DNA from: the human T2T-CHM13v2.0 reference genome, Homo sapiens
Assembly: GCF_009914755.1 (NCBI RefSeq)
Contig: NC_060935.1
Length of the DNA: 64,000 bases
Direction: 5' to 3' (one strand)
The notes below the pieces were generated by a model that was not told the origin of the DNA, ran no database searches, and was given only the letters and a program-made list of their open reading frames with translations. Below are positions 38,597-52,649 of the stretch, piece after piece. Position 1 is the first letter of the stretch, and the number at the start of each line of letters is the position of its first letter. The position numbers were made by a program, and so were the translations under genes.

Positions 38597-41415
38597 CTGA
38601 AGATTTTGTATTTCAAACATTTTACTACCGTTTTTGAGAGCCTCTTTTGAAAGCAGTGAGTTTACGGGGGTGTCCGTAGATCTTCCTGTTCCATATGCTG
38701 TGTTTACCCACAGAAGAGGGAACTTTCCCTGACACTTCTGCCTCCTCACCAAGGCAGAGAAAAGAGGTCCTCTCTTTGCTCCTTTGCTCTGTTCTCCCGG
38801 GCTGAGGCTGGGGATCCAGTTGATCCAGACAGTTACTGGCTGCCTCCCAAGCAAGTTCCTCTCTCAGCTCATCCTCTTTGTGCTTCCTTGGCACAGCTGT
38901 GGGGGGCAGTGCACTGCCCCAGTTCCTACATCTCACACCCATGTGAGTGCTGCTGTTTCTTTTAAGACTTTTCTACTGACTACTGTATAAATGGATCAGA
39001 TTGGCTTAAGGTGGAGAGCTGCTTCTTTTTTCTTGAGGCAGGACACAGGAAATTCTTTCCTGCAGACCCCCACACTCCAGTCGTCCGGTCCTGGTAGTTA
39101 AAGGTGGTGAAACCCTCTCATTCACCTGAAGCCTGGCTCTTCCCTCAATGGTTCAGACCTGGAAGGAAAGACCAGAGAAAGACTAGGATTTGGGCCACAA
39201 AGCTTCAAAACTGCATTTTTTCTTTTAAATGTAAATTTAGATTATTTGTAATTACACAAGATGAATTTGATGAACAATGAGCTACACAAATTTTTTGGGA
39301 AAAATAATATTCATTTCTAGGCAGTTGACCTTCAGTCAGATCCACACAGCGTCATGAACGTACCATGTCATTGTGAACCTATGCTACGGCTTCATGGCGT
39401 CAGAGGTGCCAATTCAGAAACGGTGTGGCTGGGCCTTCTGCTTTCAGCTTACCTTTTTTTGTTGTTCTAATTTTTCTTGATTTGGATTAATACTGTACTC
39501 TGCCACAGCACGCTGGATTATTTTGCTGCGATTGTTTATAAGGAGTGGCATCCTTATGAGGGTATTTGATCTGTTATTATCCCACTTTCTCTTGAAATTG
39601 TCGTATCTAGGCTCAGTGCTATAGAAATAGAACTTTAAAAGTGAAAAACAAAACAAAAAATCTCACTGCTGGAAGACATTTCACACTGAAACATCTCTTT
39701 CTGTGTCTTGCTTTCTATCACTGTCACTCTCACTCCCCCCATATGTGTGCACATGTACATACATGTGAATGTGTATGTCTGTGTGTGTACACACAAGCGA
39801 ATATCCAAACAGACATTTATGCACACATTTTCTTGAGATATCAAGGCTTTTATGTTCCCCATAATGTGTGCCTCTTCTCTCACTTTTCTTTCTTAAGGGA
39901 GGAAATTTTCTTCCATCAGAATATCACTCTGAGATAAGCCCTGCATTTATAATGCACACAAAGACTTTTTCCAGTACTTGTCTAATGAGAAGCGATGCCC
40001 AAAATTAGAGCTTGATGCCTTCCAATTATCCTATTGCACATGATTTTGTTATACCACAAATAGTTATTTTCTTCCTTCCCCAACAGCTACATAAATGGGT
40101 CGTGGTAATCCACTCCAAAACAAATGGCTCAGTATTGCTAACTTTGCTGCATATAACGCAAATCTCTCCATTAATAAAGAAAAAGAGTGTCTGGTCATTT
40201 CATAATAATTTTAATATAATTATTTTTAAAAGATATGTTGGTTTAAAAGATATGGAGGAGGGTTGGAAGTTAGTTCTCAAGAGCATAGCTTTCATGAAAA
40301 CTGGGAGAGAGCCCAGGATGGAGTAGGAAGGGGGCTGCAGGGCTGGGTGGCATCCATTACTTTCACTTTATTTTTGGGCTCGGATTCTTTAACGTTGACC
40401 CTGCTTTGTGCTCAGGCAAATAATGGGTCAAGGCACTTCAAAGCAGACAGCTGCTCTGGACTTGATTCATCCTAATCAGAAATAACTGCCGCCCTTGCCT
40501 ATTCATCGCTTTCCCACCCTAGAAATGGGGGATTACGGGAAGAATGAAGTCAAATCTAAAGAGTTCTGCCTTAGATAGTTAAGAGGATGATTGAAATCAA
40601 TAAATCCCAGGCTTTCGGGAAGCCCACTTGATTCCAAGTTTGCTAAAGACGGAAAGAAAGAACTCCAACAGGAGCCTCTGGTGACCAGAACTCCACCACT
40701 GAGCCACTGCGGTGGCTCTCTCATCACTGGGACTTCCCAGCAGGAGCCTAAGTATTACTCGATTCCACCTCATTATGGTACTCTCCCCATGAGGAGTGTA
40801 AGTCACAATGACAGGACAACAAAATGGTTGGGAGACACAGCCACCAAGGGAAGCAGGCAGTGGATGGCCAGCCCCTATGAATACACTAGCTTGCCTCTTT
40901 CCAGCAGCCCAAATCTCCTTGGAGGGAATCCCAGCCAGTCTTGGATCTCTAACGCAGCCTTCTCTTTTTAGTTTGACTGGTATCCCAGCTCCCCGAGGAA
41001 CCTGCAGGCCACTTGAAATTCATGATGACAGCAGCAGATAAAGACTCCATCTTATCATCCACGTGGCCACTGCTTTAGACAGCCTGCTTTTTAAATTTTT
41101 ATTTTTTAATGTTTTGTTTTGTTTTGAAATGTTCGGGCTTTCAGGTCATGGCATTGCAGCCATTCCTCCTATTTTTTTTCTTTAACGATATGTAAATACT
41201 TTCATGGAGGTTGTCTTATTTGGTTCTCAGAAGGACACTATAAGACAAGGCAGTTATAATAATTTCAGTTTTATAAATGGAGCAAATGAACCCTAAGACA
41301 TCAAACCACTGGCCCTCAAATGCACCAGGGATAGGACTCTTGCAGGTTTGCCCTTCTTCCAGTTCTCATCCCATTACCGCTTCCGAGCCCCCTGTGGGGA
41401 TCCGGATGATTTCCT

Positions 41416-41434
41416 CAAACGCTAGGTGGCGCCC
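41416..41434 (+). promoter_or_regulatory. Candidate CTCF motif
   Basis: caaACGCTAGGTGGCGCcc against the core CCRSYAGRKGGCRS, one core mismatch, CpGs retained. Confidence 0.45.
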
Positions 41435-41736
41435 TGTGGAGTGCCCCCATGCTCACACTTTCAGAGGGGGTTTGTGGCAGCCATAGCTCTATGAATATGT
41501 CCATTCCCTTGACTCCGTGTCTAGGAGAACATTGTCTACATCTGAGTGCCAGGATCCACATCTGTTCAATTGAATAGACTCCACTGAATACATCAGAGAA
41601 GCAGGGCCAGACTGGCTACCCATGCCCTTTCTAATCTCACTGTTCAATTCCTTGGGGAAATATGCTACTTTGAGGATGTCTTCAGTGCCTTGCTTCTCTT
41701 TTCTTCATTTTCACTGGAAAGGAGGTTGCTCAGATG

Positions 41737-41738
<2 letters not shown>

Positions 41739-41774
<36 letters not shown>

Positions 41775-41779
41775 GCGTG
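41739..41779. repeat. (GT)n microsatellite
   Basis: Seen directly. Confidence 0.95.
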
Positions 41780-42536
41780 TTTTAAGGATTGAATGCCCTG
41801 AAAAAACAAGATGAGACCTAGAAGTATGTTCAGCAACACCATATCTGGCTTCTCTATACTCCCCTTCATATTTTTCTTAGCTGTTCTGTTTTAGTTAGCA
41901 CCAATATAGTGCTCCCCACCCACGTATCCCTTTAGGGTGAAACGCCTGCTCAGTGTGCTTGGGAAAGGCAGTATATTTTAGGCAGCCTGATAAAAGGCTC
42001 TAATAGCCCCAGATTAATGCATTCATTCCTAGCCAACTGAAGGATTCATTACAGTGCTCAGGCTGAGGCTCCTCTGACAAATTTGCCCTGGGTAATGAGC
42101 CATTCAGCAGCTAACTACCCTGTGCTGCTGGTGACCTCCAGAAGGGGCAGTGAGATGGAGCTGAGCAGACACAGGTGGAGTACAAAAGAAGGGAGAGATT
42201 TGAGGCATCTCTGGGCTTTGGGGAGCAGTTGTAAGAGCAAGAAGGTGCTTCTGAGACCACATCTGCCTCTGGAGCTATGACAGGAGCGTGATAGGGTATG
42301 TGGCGCCTCTGTACTTTCTGAGCCTAACAAGTGAGGTTCAGAGCAAGGCAATGTAAATCTCTGCTTTGAAAGTGAACATGGATTGGGTAACTAAAAAGAG
42401 AGTGATACGTAGGAGAAACTTCCAAAGAATTGCAATCTGTCCCTCTGACTAACATGTCTACGTGGAGACTTCCAAAATGGAAAATGAGACATAGCATAAC
42501 AGAAAGCAAGAAAGCCTCCTAAAGATAAGCTAGCCC

Positions 42537-42795
42537 AGCAGCTCTGCAGAGTATGACTTTACCCTCCAGGGAACATTTGGCAATGACTTGAGACATCCTA
42601 GTTTGTCACAACTCTGTGCGTGCGTGTGTGTGTGTGTTTGTGTGTCAGGGAAGAAATTAGCATGAAGATGCTACTGGCATCTAGTGGGTATAGACCAGAG
42701 ATTCTGCAAAACATCCTGCAATGCACAGGACAGCCCCACACAACAAAGAGTCATCCAGCCCCAAATGTCAGTAGTGCTGAGGTTGAGGAACCCGG
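42537..42795 (+). mobile_element. MER20 hAT-Charlie DNA transposon
   Basis: ccagggaacatttggcaatg...tgtcacaact...tgctactggcatctagtgggta...aatgcacaggacagcccc...aaatgtcagtagtgctgaggttgagga. Confidence 0.92.
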
Positions 42796-44163
42796 ACTAA
42801 CCCAAACGCCTCCTTTTATAGGAGACAAAGCTGAAGACTTGAGAAAAGTGCCTGGCTGAGGGGCCAGAAACCTGTGTCTTGTCTCCCTCCAGGCCATGCA
42901 AGGCTTGCTTTTGAATGCTGTCCTGGACAGTACTTTCAGAAATGAAGAGGTTCCTTCTCCTCCCAGACTCCAGGGCACCCTTCCCAGCTCACATCTTCAG
43001 AAAGGAAAATTCCACTGCCTGCCTTAATGAACTTACGCCGGTCTCTAAACACTTTAGTCTAGGAATATCTCTTCTGGGGGTTAGCTTATTATCTTTATTA
43101 TGCATTTTAGAGGTGGATGTTACTGCAGATAAAAATAGGAATTCCCAGAGGAACCAGCACCAGCATCATGATATGCTGTATGTGCAATGTTGTTGCAAAC
43201 AGTTCCCCATGAGGGTGAGATGGAGACCCCTGCATATACACATAACTGTATCTCACAATTATTAAATATTGATTCATCTCAGCAGGGGCCTGTGTCTGAT
43301 TTAAAATAAAGGCAAGTGCATTAACTGATGCTAATCTAATCTAGACCTATAGCACTGCACCCTGGGCTGTCTCCACTGACCCTGGTTCTCTGATTGACAG
43401 TGTGCATGGGAGCCATTTCCTCTGCCAACCATTTTGACTCTAGAAATGCGCACACATGAGTTTATATCTGGAGTTATAGGATATGTGGGATGTGAGCATA
43501 AGAGCTTAATAAGAAAGAAAGGAGGCCTACATGATGATGAATAGCAATTACAGGGAATTAGATTAGTATCAGCATCTGGAGTAATTGTAAACATTTTCTG
43601 GTGCTGATGTTTGATAGTGTTGGGAAGGGGGGCAGGTGGCGGATGATAGAAAGGAAGAGAGGCCAAAGATAAGAACAAATATGCAAGTCTATAGTGTGTG
43701 CTTAATGGAACTGAGATTTGTTTCTCTGTGTGTCTTTTTAAGCCTCTAGATAGATCATGAAAAATACAGCCAGCTGGGAAAGAAATAGCCCAAATGTAAT
43801 TTAAAGGACAGCTTTTTAACCAATACTTCAACTTGGAGACACCTGTCCTATGTTCCTTAAAGATGCTCAGCTCAGGGGAGGAGTATTAAAGTTGCTGATT
43901 TATCTTCAGGAGCACAGACCTATTTTTAATTTATTGCCCAGTGACAGGTTTCTTGTTTAGCTTTTCTGTGTTACTCAACACAACCTTCTCAGTAAAGAAG
44001 AGCTGCCTGCAGGACATTGTTTTATTTCATGTTCCAGAGCCTTAGAAGAAGGAACCGAACTTGGACTTCTCCAAAGCATGTTGACACTCTCTCTAGCTTC
44101 ATGGCAAGCAGCAAATTGTGCACCAGGAAATATAGTTGCCTTGCCCACTGATTCACGGCAGAT

Positions 44164-44195
<32 letters not shown>

Positions 44196-44199
44196 ACAC
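44164..44199. repeat. (CA)n microsatellite
   Basis: Seen directly. Confidence 0.95.
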
Positions 44200-44344
44200 G
44201 ATACTTGAGTGCCTTTTGGAGTGTGTGTGACAGCAATGGTTTAATCACTCCTGTGTCAATAGTTATGTCATAGAAACCTTTGCCAGAAATATGTCTTTTA
44301 GTACTGTAGAGCCACAAGAAAGAAAATGTGTGTGATTCGGTTTA

Positions 44345-45580
44345 TGCATACAAATGAACAATCGTTTGTGGTGCTCCTACTATTCGCAAGAAACACTGTT
44401 CCATGCTGGGGGCCATAAAGGCGAAGCACACAAAAGAGATAAAAACATTATAGGTCCTGCCTTCTAGAATCTCATATTCTTGTGGGAATGATAGGTACAT
44501 ATACGAATAGTTGCTAAGACAAACTGTGATATACTCGATCAGAGTGGTTTGAACAAAGGGCAAAGAAGGAATAAATTAATTCTGGCCAGGGGAGTTCCTC
44601 TGTTCAACAAAATGATTTGAGCCCTTGTTGTGTGCTGGGAATTGTTGGTGGAAGGGACAGAGTGTGCACAATACAAGGTTTGGTTCTCATAGCTGTTACA
44701 TTCCAATGAGAAGAGAGAGACATCAGACACTAAACAAATGAGAATTTCAGAGAGTGTCATGAGCCATACTAATAACCAAAGCATGGTAATGAGATAGGCC
44801 AGGAAGCTATGTGAGGTAGCATAGCAAGGAAGGGCACTGAGAAGGGGAAATTTGAAATGAGAACTAAATGATAAACAACTAAATATGTGACACTCTGGAT
44901 AAAGAGCATTTCAGGAGAGGAAAGAAACTATAAAGGCCTGAAGGTTCTTAACCTTAGCATCTTTAAGAGATAGAAAGGGCCGGGTGTGGTGGCTCACACC
45001 TGTAATCCCAGCACTTTGGGAGGCCGAGGCAGGTGGATTGTGAGGTCAGGAGTTCAAGACCAGCCTGGCCAAGATGATGAAACCCCGTCTCTACTAAAAC
45101 CTACAAAAATTAGCTGGCCGCGGTGGCAGGCTCCTATAATCCCAGCTACTCAGGAGGCTGAGGCAGGAGAATCACTTGAACCCAGGTGGCCCAGGTTGCA
45201 TTTAGCCAAGATCATGCCACTTTACTCCAGCCTGGGTGACAGAGTGAGAATCCATCTTAAAAAAAAAAAAAAAAAAGAGACAGATAGCAGATCAGGGAAC
45301 TGAGTGAATTCTGGGCAAAATAGTCCAAGGTAAAGTCAGAGACTTCCTTCAGGGGTTAGCTCTGTAGCATCTTAGAGACACAGGGACACAGGTATGGATT
45401 GTGAATTTAATTCTAAGTTCAGTCAAATGCCATTGGAGGTTTATAAGCAGGGGATGATATTATTTGTTTTTTTTTGTCATTTTGCTTTGTTTTAATTACT
45501 CTAGTCATGATGTACAGAGTGGAATGTCCGTGCAAACAGTAAAAACAGGAAGACCACAGATGTAGTAAGAGTAGAATAGA
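44345..45580 (-). mobile_element. L2 LINE fragments, interrupted by an Alu and an L1 and resuming at ~51490-51830
   Basis: ggtcctgccttctagaatctcatattct...gccattggaggtttataagcaggggatgatat, then after the L1 ...ggcattagatttggtaagatg. Confidence 0.6.
44978..45277 (+). mobile_element. Full-length AluS (AluSg-like)
   Basis: ggccgggtgtggtggctcacacctgtaatcccagc...cagcctggccaagatg...poly-A. Confidence 0.95.
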
Positions 45581-45642
45581 CTTGGATAGTATTTACCAGA
45601 GGGGAAAAAACAGGTCAGTGTCCACAAAACTAAAAAGCATTG

Positions 45643-48600
45643 TTGCAGCCCCCTACCCCTGCACACTGCCCCTCTGGAATGCTTATGCTTGCGGCCACCA
45701 CCCAACGAAGTGCTGTTGCTGGTGGTCTGGGAGCAGCTTAGCCACCCAACCCCACCACCATGCTAGAGTGCTTTCAAACCTCAGCTCCCTCTACAAAGTG
45801 CTGGTGCCAGTGATCTGGGAGCACCTCGCTCCCACCTTCCAGTGCAGCCAGTGCTCAACCTCAAGGAGACAGAGGACAAAGCCACAGACCAAGTTCCAGC
45901 CCAACAGGGTTAGAGCACACTGCCCAGGAGTGATCAGCTGAGCCTTGGCCCTCTGAACACCTCTGGAAATGAAGCCATTTGACTATACCCAGCTTGCATC
46001 GCAGTCAAGCCCTCAAGGGCTGTAAAGAACATAAAAACAAAAAGCCCTATCCAAAGACAGTAACTTCAAAGGATAGAGGAACATCAGCCTTCACATGAGA
46101 AAGAATAAGCACAAGAATTCTGACAACTTTGAAACCCAAAGTGTCTTCTTACCTCCAAATGATCACACTAGCTACCCAGCAATGGTTCTTAAGCAGATGG
46201 AAATGGCTGAAATGTCAGAAATAAAATTTCGGATCTGAGTGGCCTGGAAGATCAACAAGATACAAAAGAATGTTGAAACCCAATCCAAGGAAAAGAGTAA
46301 AATGATACAAGAGTTGAAAGATGACATGACCATTTTAGAAAGAACCAAACTGAACTGCTGGAAATTAAAAATTTACTATAAGAATTTTATAATACAATTG
46401 GAAGCATTAACAACAGAATAGATCAAGCTGAGGAAAGAATATCAGAGCTTGAAGATCACTCCTTTGAATAAATGCAGGCAAAAAAATTTTTTTAAAGAAT
46501 TTTTAAAAATGAACAAAACCTTCAATAATATGGGATTCTGTAAAGAGACCAAACCTACAACTCATTGGCATTCCTGAAAGAGGAGAGAAAACAAGCAACT
46601 TGGAAAACGTATTTGAGGATATAGTCCAAAAAATTTTCCCAGTGTGGCTAGAGAGGTCAACATGCAAATTCAAGAAATTGAGAGAACCCCTGTGAGATAC
46701 TATACAAGATGACCATCTGCAAGACACATAGTCATCAGACTCTCCAAGGTCAAAGTGAAAGAAAAAATATTAAAGGAAGCTAGAGAGAAGGGGCAGATCA
46801 CTTACAAATAGAACCTCATCAGGCAAACAGTGAAACTTTCAGCAGAAAACAAACAAGCCAAAAGAAATTGGGAACCTATTCTGAGCATCCTAAAAGAAAA
46901 AAATTCCAACCCAGAATTTTGTAACTTGTGAAACTAAGCTTCATAAGCAAAGGAGAAATACAATCTTTTTCAGACAAGCAAACACTAAGGGAATTTGTTA
47001 CCACCAGGCCTACTTCACAAGAGTTCCTAAAGGGAGTGGCAAACATGGAAAAGAAAGAATAGTACCTGCCATGCTTAAGTATGTAGCCCACTGACACTAT
47101 AAAGCAACTATGCAATCAAGTATATGTAACAATCAGCTAACAACATAATGACAGGATACAATCCTCACATATCAATATTGACATTGAATATAAATGAGAT
47201 AATCCCCCCACTTAAAAGGCATAGTGTGTAAGTTGTATTAAGAAGCAAGACCCAACAGTCTGCTGCCGTTGAGAGATATATCTCATGAGTAACAACACCC
47301 ATAGGCTCAAAATAAAGGGATAGAGAAAGATGTATCAGTCAAACAGAAAATGAAAAAGAGTAGGGGTCGCCATTCTTATATCAGATAAAACAGATTTTAA
47401 ACCAAAGTTGGTCAAAAAGGACAAAGAGAATCATTGCTTAATTATAAAGGGCTCAATTCAACAAGAAAACTTAACTATCTTAAATATGTACAAACCCAAA
47501 ATCAGAACATCCAGATTCATAAAACAACTTCTTAGAGATCTACAAAGATATTTAGATAAACATGCAATAATAGTGGGAGACTGCAACACCCCACTGACAG
47601 CATTAGACAGATCATTGAGGCAGATATCTAACAAAGATACACTGACAAACATGACACTTGACCGGTTGAATTTAATTGACATCTACAGAACACTCCACAA
47701 CAACAGAATGACAACAGAATATACTTTCTTCTTATCTGTATATGGCACATACTCTAAGATCAACCACACACTAAACCATAAAGCAAGTCGCAATAAATTC
47801 AAAAAAGTCAAAATCCACCAACCATACTCTCAGACCACAGTGCAATAAAAAAAGAAATTATTAACAAGAAGATCTCTGAAAACCATAAAATTGCATGGAA
47901 GTTAAACAACCTGCTCCTGGATGACTTTGGGGAAAAGAATGACATTAAAGTAAAAATAAAAAAATAAAAACAATTTTCGAAACTAACAAAAATGGAAAAA
48001 AAAATAGATCAGAATATTTGGGACATAGTTAAACAGTGTTAAAAGGAAAGTTTATAGTGCTAAAAACTTACATCAAGAAATTAGAAAGATCTCAAATTAA
48101 CAACCAAATGTCATACCTAGAAGAACTAGTAAAACAAGAGCAAACCAAACGCCAAAGATAACAGAAGAAAAGAAATAACCAAAATCAAAACTTAACTGAA
48201 CAAAATTGAGATGCGAAAATCCATACAAAAGATCAACAAAACTAAAAGTTAAGATTATTAAATAAGAGAGAAGATGCAAACACCATCAGAAATGACAAAG
48301 GTGACATTACAACCAACCCCATAGAAATACAAAAACTACTCAGAGACTATTAAAAACACTTCTATGCACACAAACTAAAAAACCTAGAAGAAATGGATAA
48401 ATTTCTGGAAACCTACAGCCTCCCAAGATTGAACCAGGAAGAAATTAAAATCCTGAACAGACCAATAATGAGTTCCAAAATTTAATCCATAATAAAAAGC
48501 CTACTGACCAAACAAAGACCAGGACCAGATGGATTCACAGTCAAATTTTACCAGATGTACAAAGAGCTAATACCAGTCATACTGAAATTATTCCAAAAAA

Positions 48601-51479
48601 TAAAGGAGGAGGGACTCCTCTCTAACTCATTCTATGAAGCCAGCATTATAAAGACACAATGAAACAAACAAACAACAACAACAACAACAACAAATCTTCA
48701 GGTTATTATCCATGATGAACATAGGTACAAAAATCCTCAGCAAAATACTAGCAAACCTAATCCAGCAACACATCAAAAAGTTAATTTACCATGATGAAGT
48801 AGGCTTTATTCCTGGGATGCAAGGGTGGTTCAACATGTACAAATCAACAAATGTGTTTCACTAAATAGAATTAAAAAAAACAAAATAACATGATCGTCTC
48901 AATAAATGCTGAAAAGGCTCTCAATAAAATTCAACATTCCTTCATGTTAAAAACCCCTCAACAAATTAGGCATCAAAGGAACATGCCTCAAAATGATAAG
49001 AGACATATATGACAAACCTACAGTCAACATAATACTGAACGGACAAAAGCTGGAACCATTCCCCTTGAGAAATTCAACAAGGCAATTATTACCACTCTCA
49101 CCAGACCTATGTAACATAATACTGAAAGTCCTTGCCAGAGAAGTTGGGCAAGAGAAAGAAATAAAAGGCATCCAAATAGGAAGGTAGGAAGTCAAACTAT
49201 CTCTCTTCACAGATGATGTTATTCTACACCTAGAAAACCCTGTAGGCTCTGCCAAAAGCCTCCTAGAACTGATAAACGACCACAGTAGAGTTTCAGGATA
49301 CAAAATCAATGTACACAAATCAGTAGCATTTCTTCCTTTTTTTTTTTTTTTTTTTTTTTTCTGAGACAGGGTCTCACTCTGTCACCCAGGCTGCAGTGCA
49401 GTGGTGTAATCTCAGCTCACTGCAACCTCCACCTCCCAGTTTCAAGTGATTCTTGTACCTCAACCTCTTGAGTAGCTGGGATTACAGGCCTGTGCCACCA
49501 CGCCTGGCTAGTTTTTGTTCTTTTAGTAGAGATGGGGTTTCACCATGTTGGCCAGGTTGGTCTCGAACTCCTAACCTCAAGTGATCTGTCTGCCTCGGCC
49601 TCCTAAAGTACTGGGATTACAAGTGTGAGCCACTGCACCTGACTGAAATCAATAGCATTTCTCTACACCAATAACTTCCAAGCTGAGAGGCAAATCAAAA
49701 ACACAATCTCAATTACGATAGCCACAAAAAGAGTAAGATACCTAGGAATACGTCTAACCAAGAAGGTAAAAAATCTATACAATGAGAATTACAAAACACT
49801 GCTGAAAGAAATCAGAAAAGTCAAAAACAAATCGAAAAACATTTCATGCTCATGGATAAGAAGAATCAATATTGTTAAAATGGCCATACTTCCCAAACCA
49901 ATTTACAGATTCAATGTAATTCCTATCAAACTACTAACATCATTTTTCACAAAATTAGAAAATAAAAACTGTACTAAAATCTATATAGAACCAAAAAAAA
50001 AAAAGACCCCATATAGCCAAAGCAATCCTAAGTGGAAAGAACAAAGCCAGAGGCATTATATTACTTGACTTCAAACTATACTACAAGGCTACAGTAACCA
50101 AAACAGCATGGTGATGTTACAAAAACAGACACGTAGACCAACAGAACAGGATAGAGGCCTCAGAAATAAAGTTTCATACCTACAATCATCTAACTGTTAA
50201 TAAAGTTGACAATAACAAGCAATGGGAAAAGGACTCCCTATTCAATAGATGGTGCAAGATAACTGGCTAGCCTTATGCAGAAGATTGAAACTGGCCCCTT
50301 TCTTTTACCATATACAAAATTTAACTCAAGATGGATTATATGCTTAAATGTAAGACCTAAAACTATAAAAACCCTTGAAAACAAACCAAGAAAATATCCT
50401 CCTGGACATTGGCCTTGGCAAATAATTTAGGACTGAGTCCCCAAAAGCAATAGCAACAGAGCCCCAAATTGACAAGTGAGACCTAATTAAACTTCTGCAC
50501 AGCAAAATAAACTGTCAACAGAGTAAACCGACAACCTATGGAATGGAAGAAAATATTCATCAACTATGCATCCATCAAAGGTCTAATGTCCAGAATCTAT
50601 AACGAACTTAATTCAACAAGCAAAAAACAAATAACCCCATTAAAAAATAGGCGAAGGACATGAGCAGATATTTCTCAAAACAAGACATACATGTGGCTAA
50701 GAAATATATGGGAAAAAAAAGCTCATGATCGCTAATTGTTAGAGAAATGCAAATCAAACCACAATGAGATACCATCTCACACCAGTCAGAATGCTATTAT
50801 TAAAAAGTCGAAAAGCAACAGATGTTGGCAAAATTGTAGAGAAAAGGGAACAGGTTTACTCTGTTTGTTGGAATGTAAATTAGTTCAGCCACTGTGGAAA
50901 GCAGTGTGGAGATTTTTCAAAGGACTTAGAACTACCTTTCAATGCAGCACTCTTGTTACTGGGTATATACCACAAGGAAAAGAAATTGTCCCACTAAAAA
51001 AAAAATACACTCATATGTTTATTGCGGCACTATTCACAATAGCAAAGACATGGAATCAGCCTATATGCCCATCAGTGGTGGACTGGATAGAGAAAATGTG
51101 GTACATATACACCATGGAATACTACACATCCGTAAAACAAATCAAATCATGTTCTTTCCAGTAGCATGGGTGGAGCTGCAGGCCATTATCCTAAGTGAAC
51201 ACCAAATACGGCATGTTCCCACTTATAAGTGGGAGCTACACATTGAATACACATAGACACAAAGAAGGAAACAATAGACTGTAGTGACTACTTGAGAGGG
51301 GGAGGATGGGAGAAAGATATGGGGTGAAAAACTACCTATTGGTTGCTATGGTCACTACCTGGGTGACTGGATCATTAATACACCAAATTTACCCATGTAA
51401 ACTCACAATTTACCCAAGTAACAAACCTGCACATGTACTCCCTGAAGCTGACATAAAAGCCAAGAGAAAAAAAGAAAAT
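45643..51479 (+). mobile_element. Old primate L1 (L1PA15/16 to L1PB age class), ~5.5 kb excluding the nested Alu, with disrupted ORF1 and ORF2
   Basis: ORF fragments match L1 ORF2 endonuclease (IKGSIQQENLTILNMY, IIVGDCNTPL), RT ([21 protein letters not shown]) and C-terminus (MFIAALFTIAKTWNQP). The 3'UTR ends in an A-rich tail. Candidate TSD taaaaagcat(t/c)g at 45631-45642 and 51479-51490. Confidence 0.93.
49334..49645 (-). mobile_element. AluS inserted in L1 ORF2
   Basis: Full Alu with a 17-bp TSD aaatca(g/a)tagcatttct at 49317-49333 and 49646-49662. Confidence 0.96.
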
Positions 51480-52029
51480 AAAAAGCATCGAATCCAGTTT
51501 TTGGCCTGTGAGAGTGAAGCTCAAAGGGAGGTTAAGGCTGATGGCATGAATTTGGAAACCATGGGTATCTGATAGCAGTTAAGCCACAGATGGGATGGAA
51601 GGGAGTTTTAGTTAAAGAACAGGGCTGATGGTCATGAAATAGACCATGTCAGCATTTAGAGTTTGACATTAAGGAGGAGTAGCCAGTAAGGTAAGTAGAG
51701 AATAAGGACAGTGTGATAGCATCAAGCCAAAGATGGAAGGGTAGATCTGCTCAAGTACTGCTGAAAGATTAAATTATATTGAGGACAGGGAATTGGGCAT
51801 TAGATTTGGTAAGATGTACCTCCTGGGATTTGGTTACACAGAGATTGGGGAAAATGATTCTATTAATAGTTGGATTGGTGAGTGCATATTTGTGTGTGTA
51901 ATTCTATTTTTGATCTTTTAACATGTCCTGAGTACTATGTAAATAATCTAAATTACCATTTGTCATAACCACCCTATTAGGTATTGTTTTTTTTTTAATT
52001 TTGAAAGAGAGATGTTTATTGATTTTTAA

Positions 52030-52649
52030 TTTTTTTATTATTTAAGTTCTAGGGTACATGTGCACAACGTGCAGGTTTGTTATATATGTATACATGTGCC
52101 ATGTTGGTGTGCTGCACCCATTAACTCGTCATTGACATTAGGTATATCTCCTAATGCTATCCCTCCCCCCTCCCCCCACCCCACAACAGGCCCTGGTGTG
52201 TGATGTTCCCCTTCCTGTGTGCAAGTGTTCTCATTGTTCAATTCCCACCTACGAGTGAGAACATGCGGTGTTTGCTTTTTTGTCCTTGTGATAGTTTGCT
52301 GAGAATGATGGTTTCCAGCTTCATCCATGTCCCTACAAAGGACATGAACTCATCATTTTTTATGGCTGCATAGTATTCCATGGTGTATATGTGCCACATT
52401 TTCTTCATCCAGTCTATCATTGTTGGACATTTGGATTGGTTCCAAGTCTTTGCTATTGTGAGTAGTGCCACAGTAAACATACGTGTGCATGTGTCTTTAT
52501 AGCAGCAAGATTTATATTCTTTTGGGTATATACCCAGTAACGGGATGGCTGGGTCAAATGATATTTCTAGTTCTAGATCCCTGAGGAATCGCCACCCTGA
52601 CTTCCACAATGGTTGAACTAGTTTACGATCCCACCAACAGTGTAAAAGT
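52030..52649 (-). mobile_element. 5'-truncated young L1PA (L1PA3/4-like) 3' end
   Basis: Close to the L1PA 3'UTR (tagggtacatgtgcacaacgtgcaggtttg, ccctcccccctccccccacccc) and the ORF2 C-terminus (HCWWDRKLVQPLWK...). TSD gtattgtt at 51981-51988 and 52648-52655. Confidence 0.95.
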
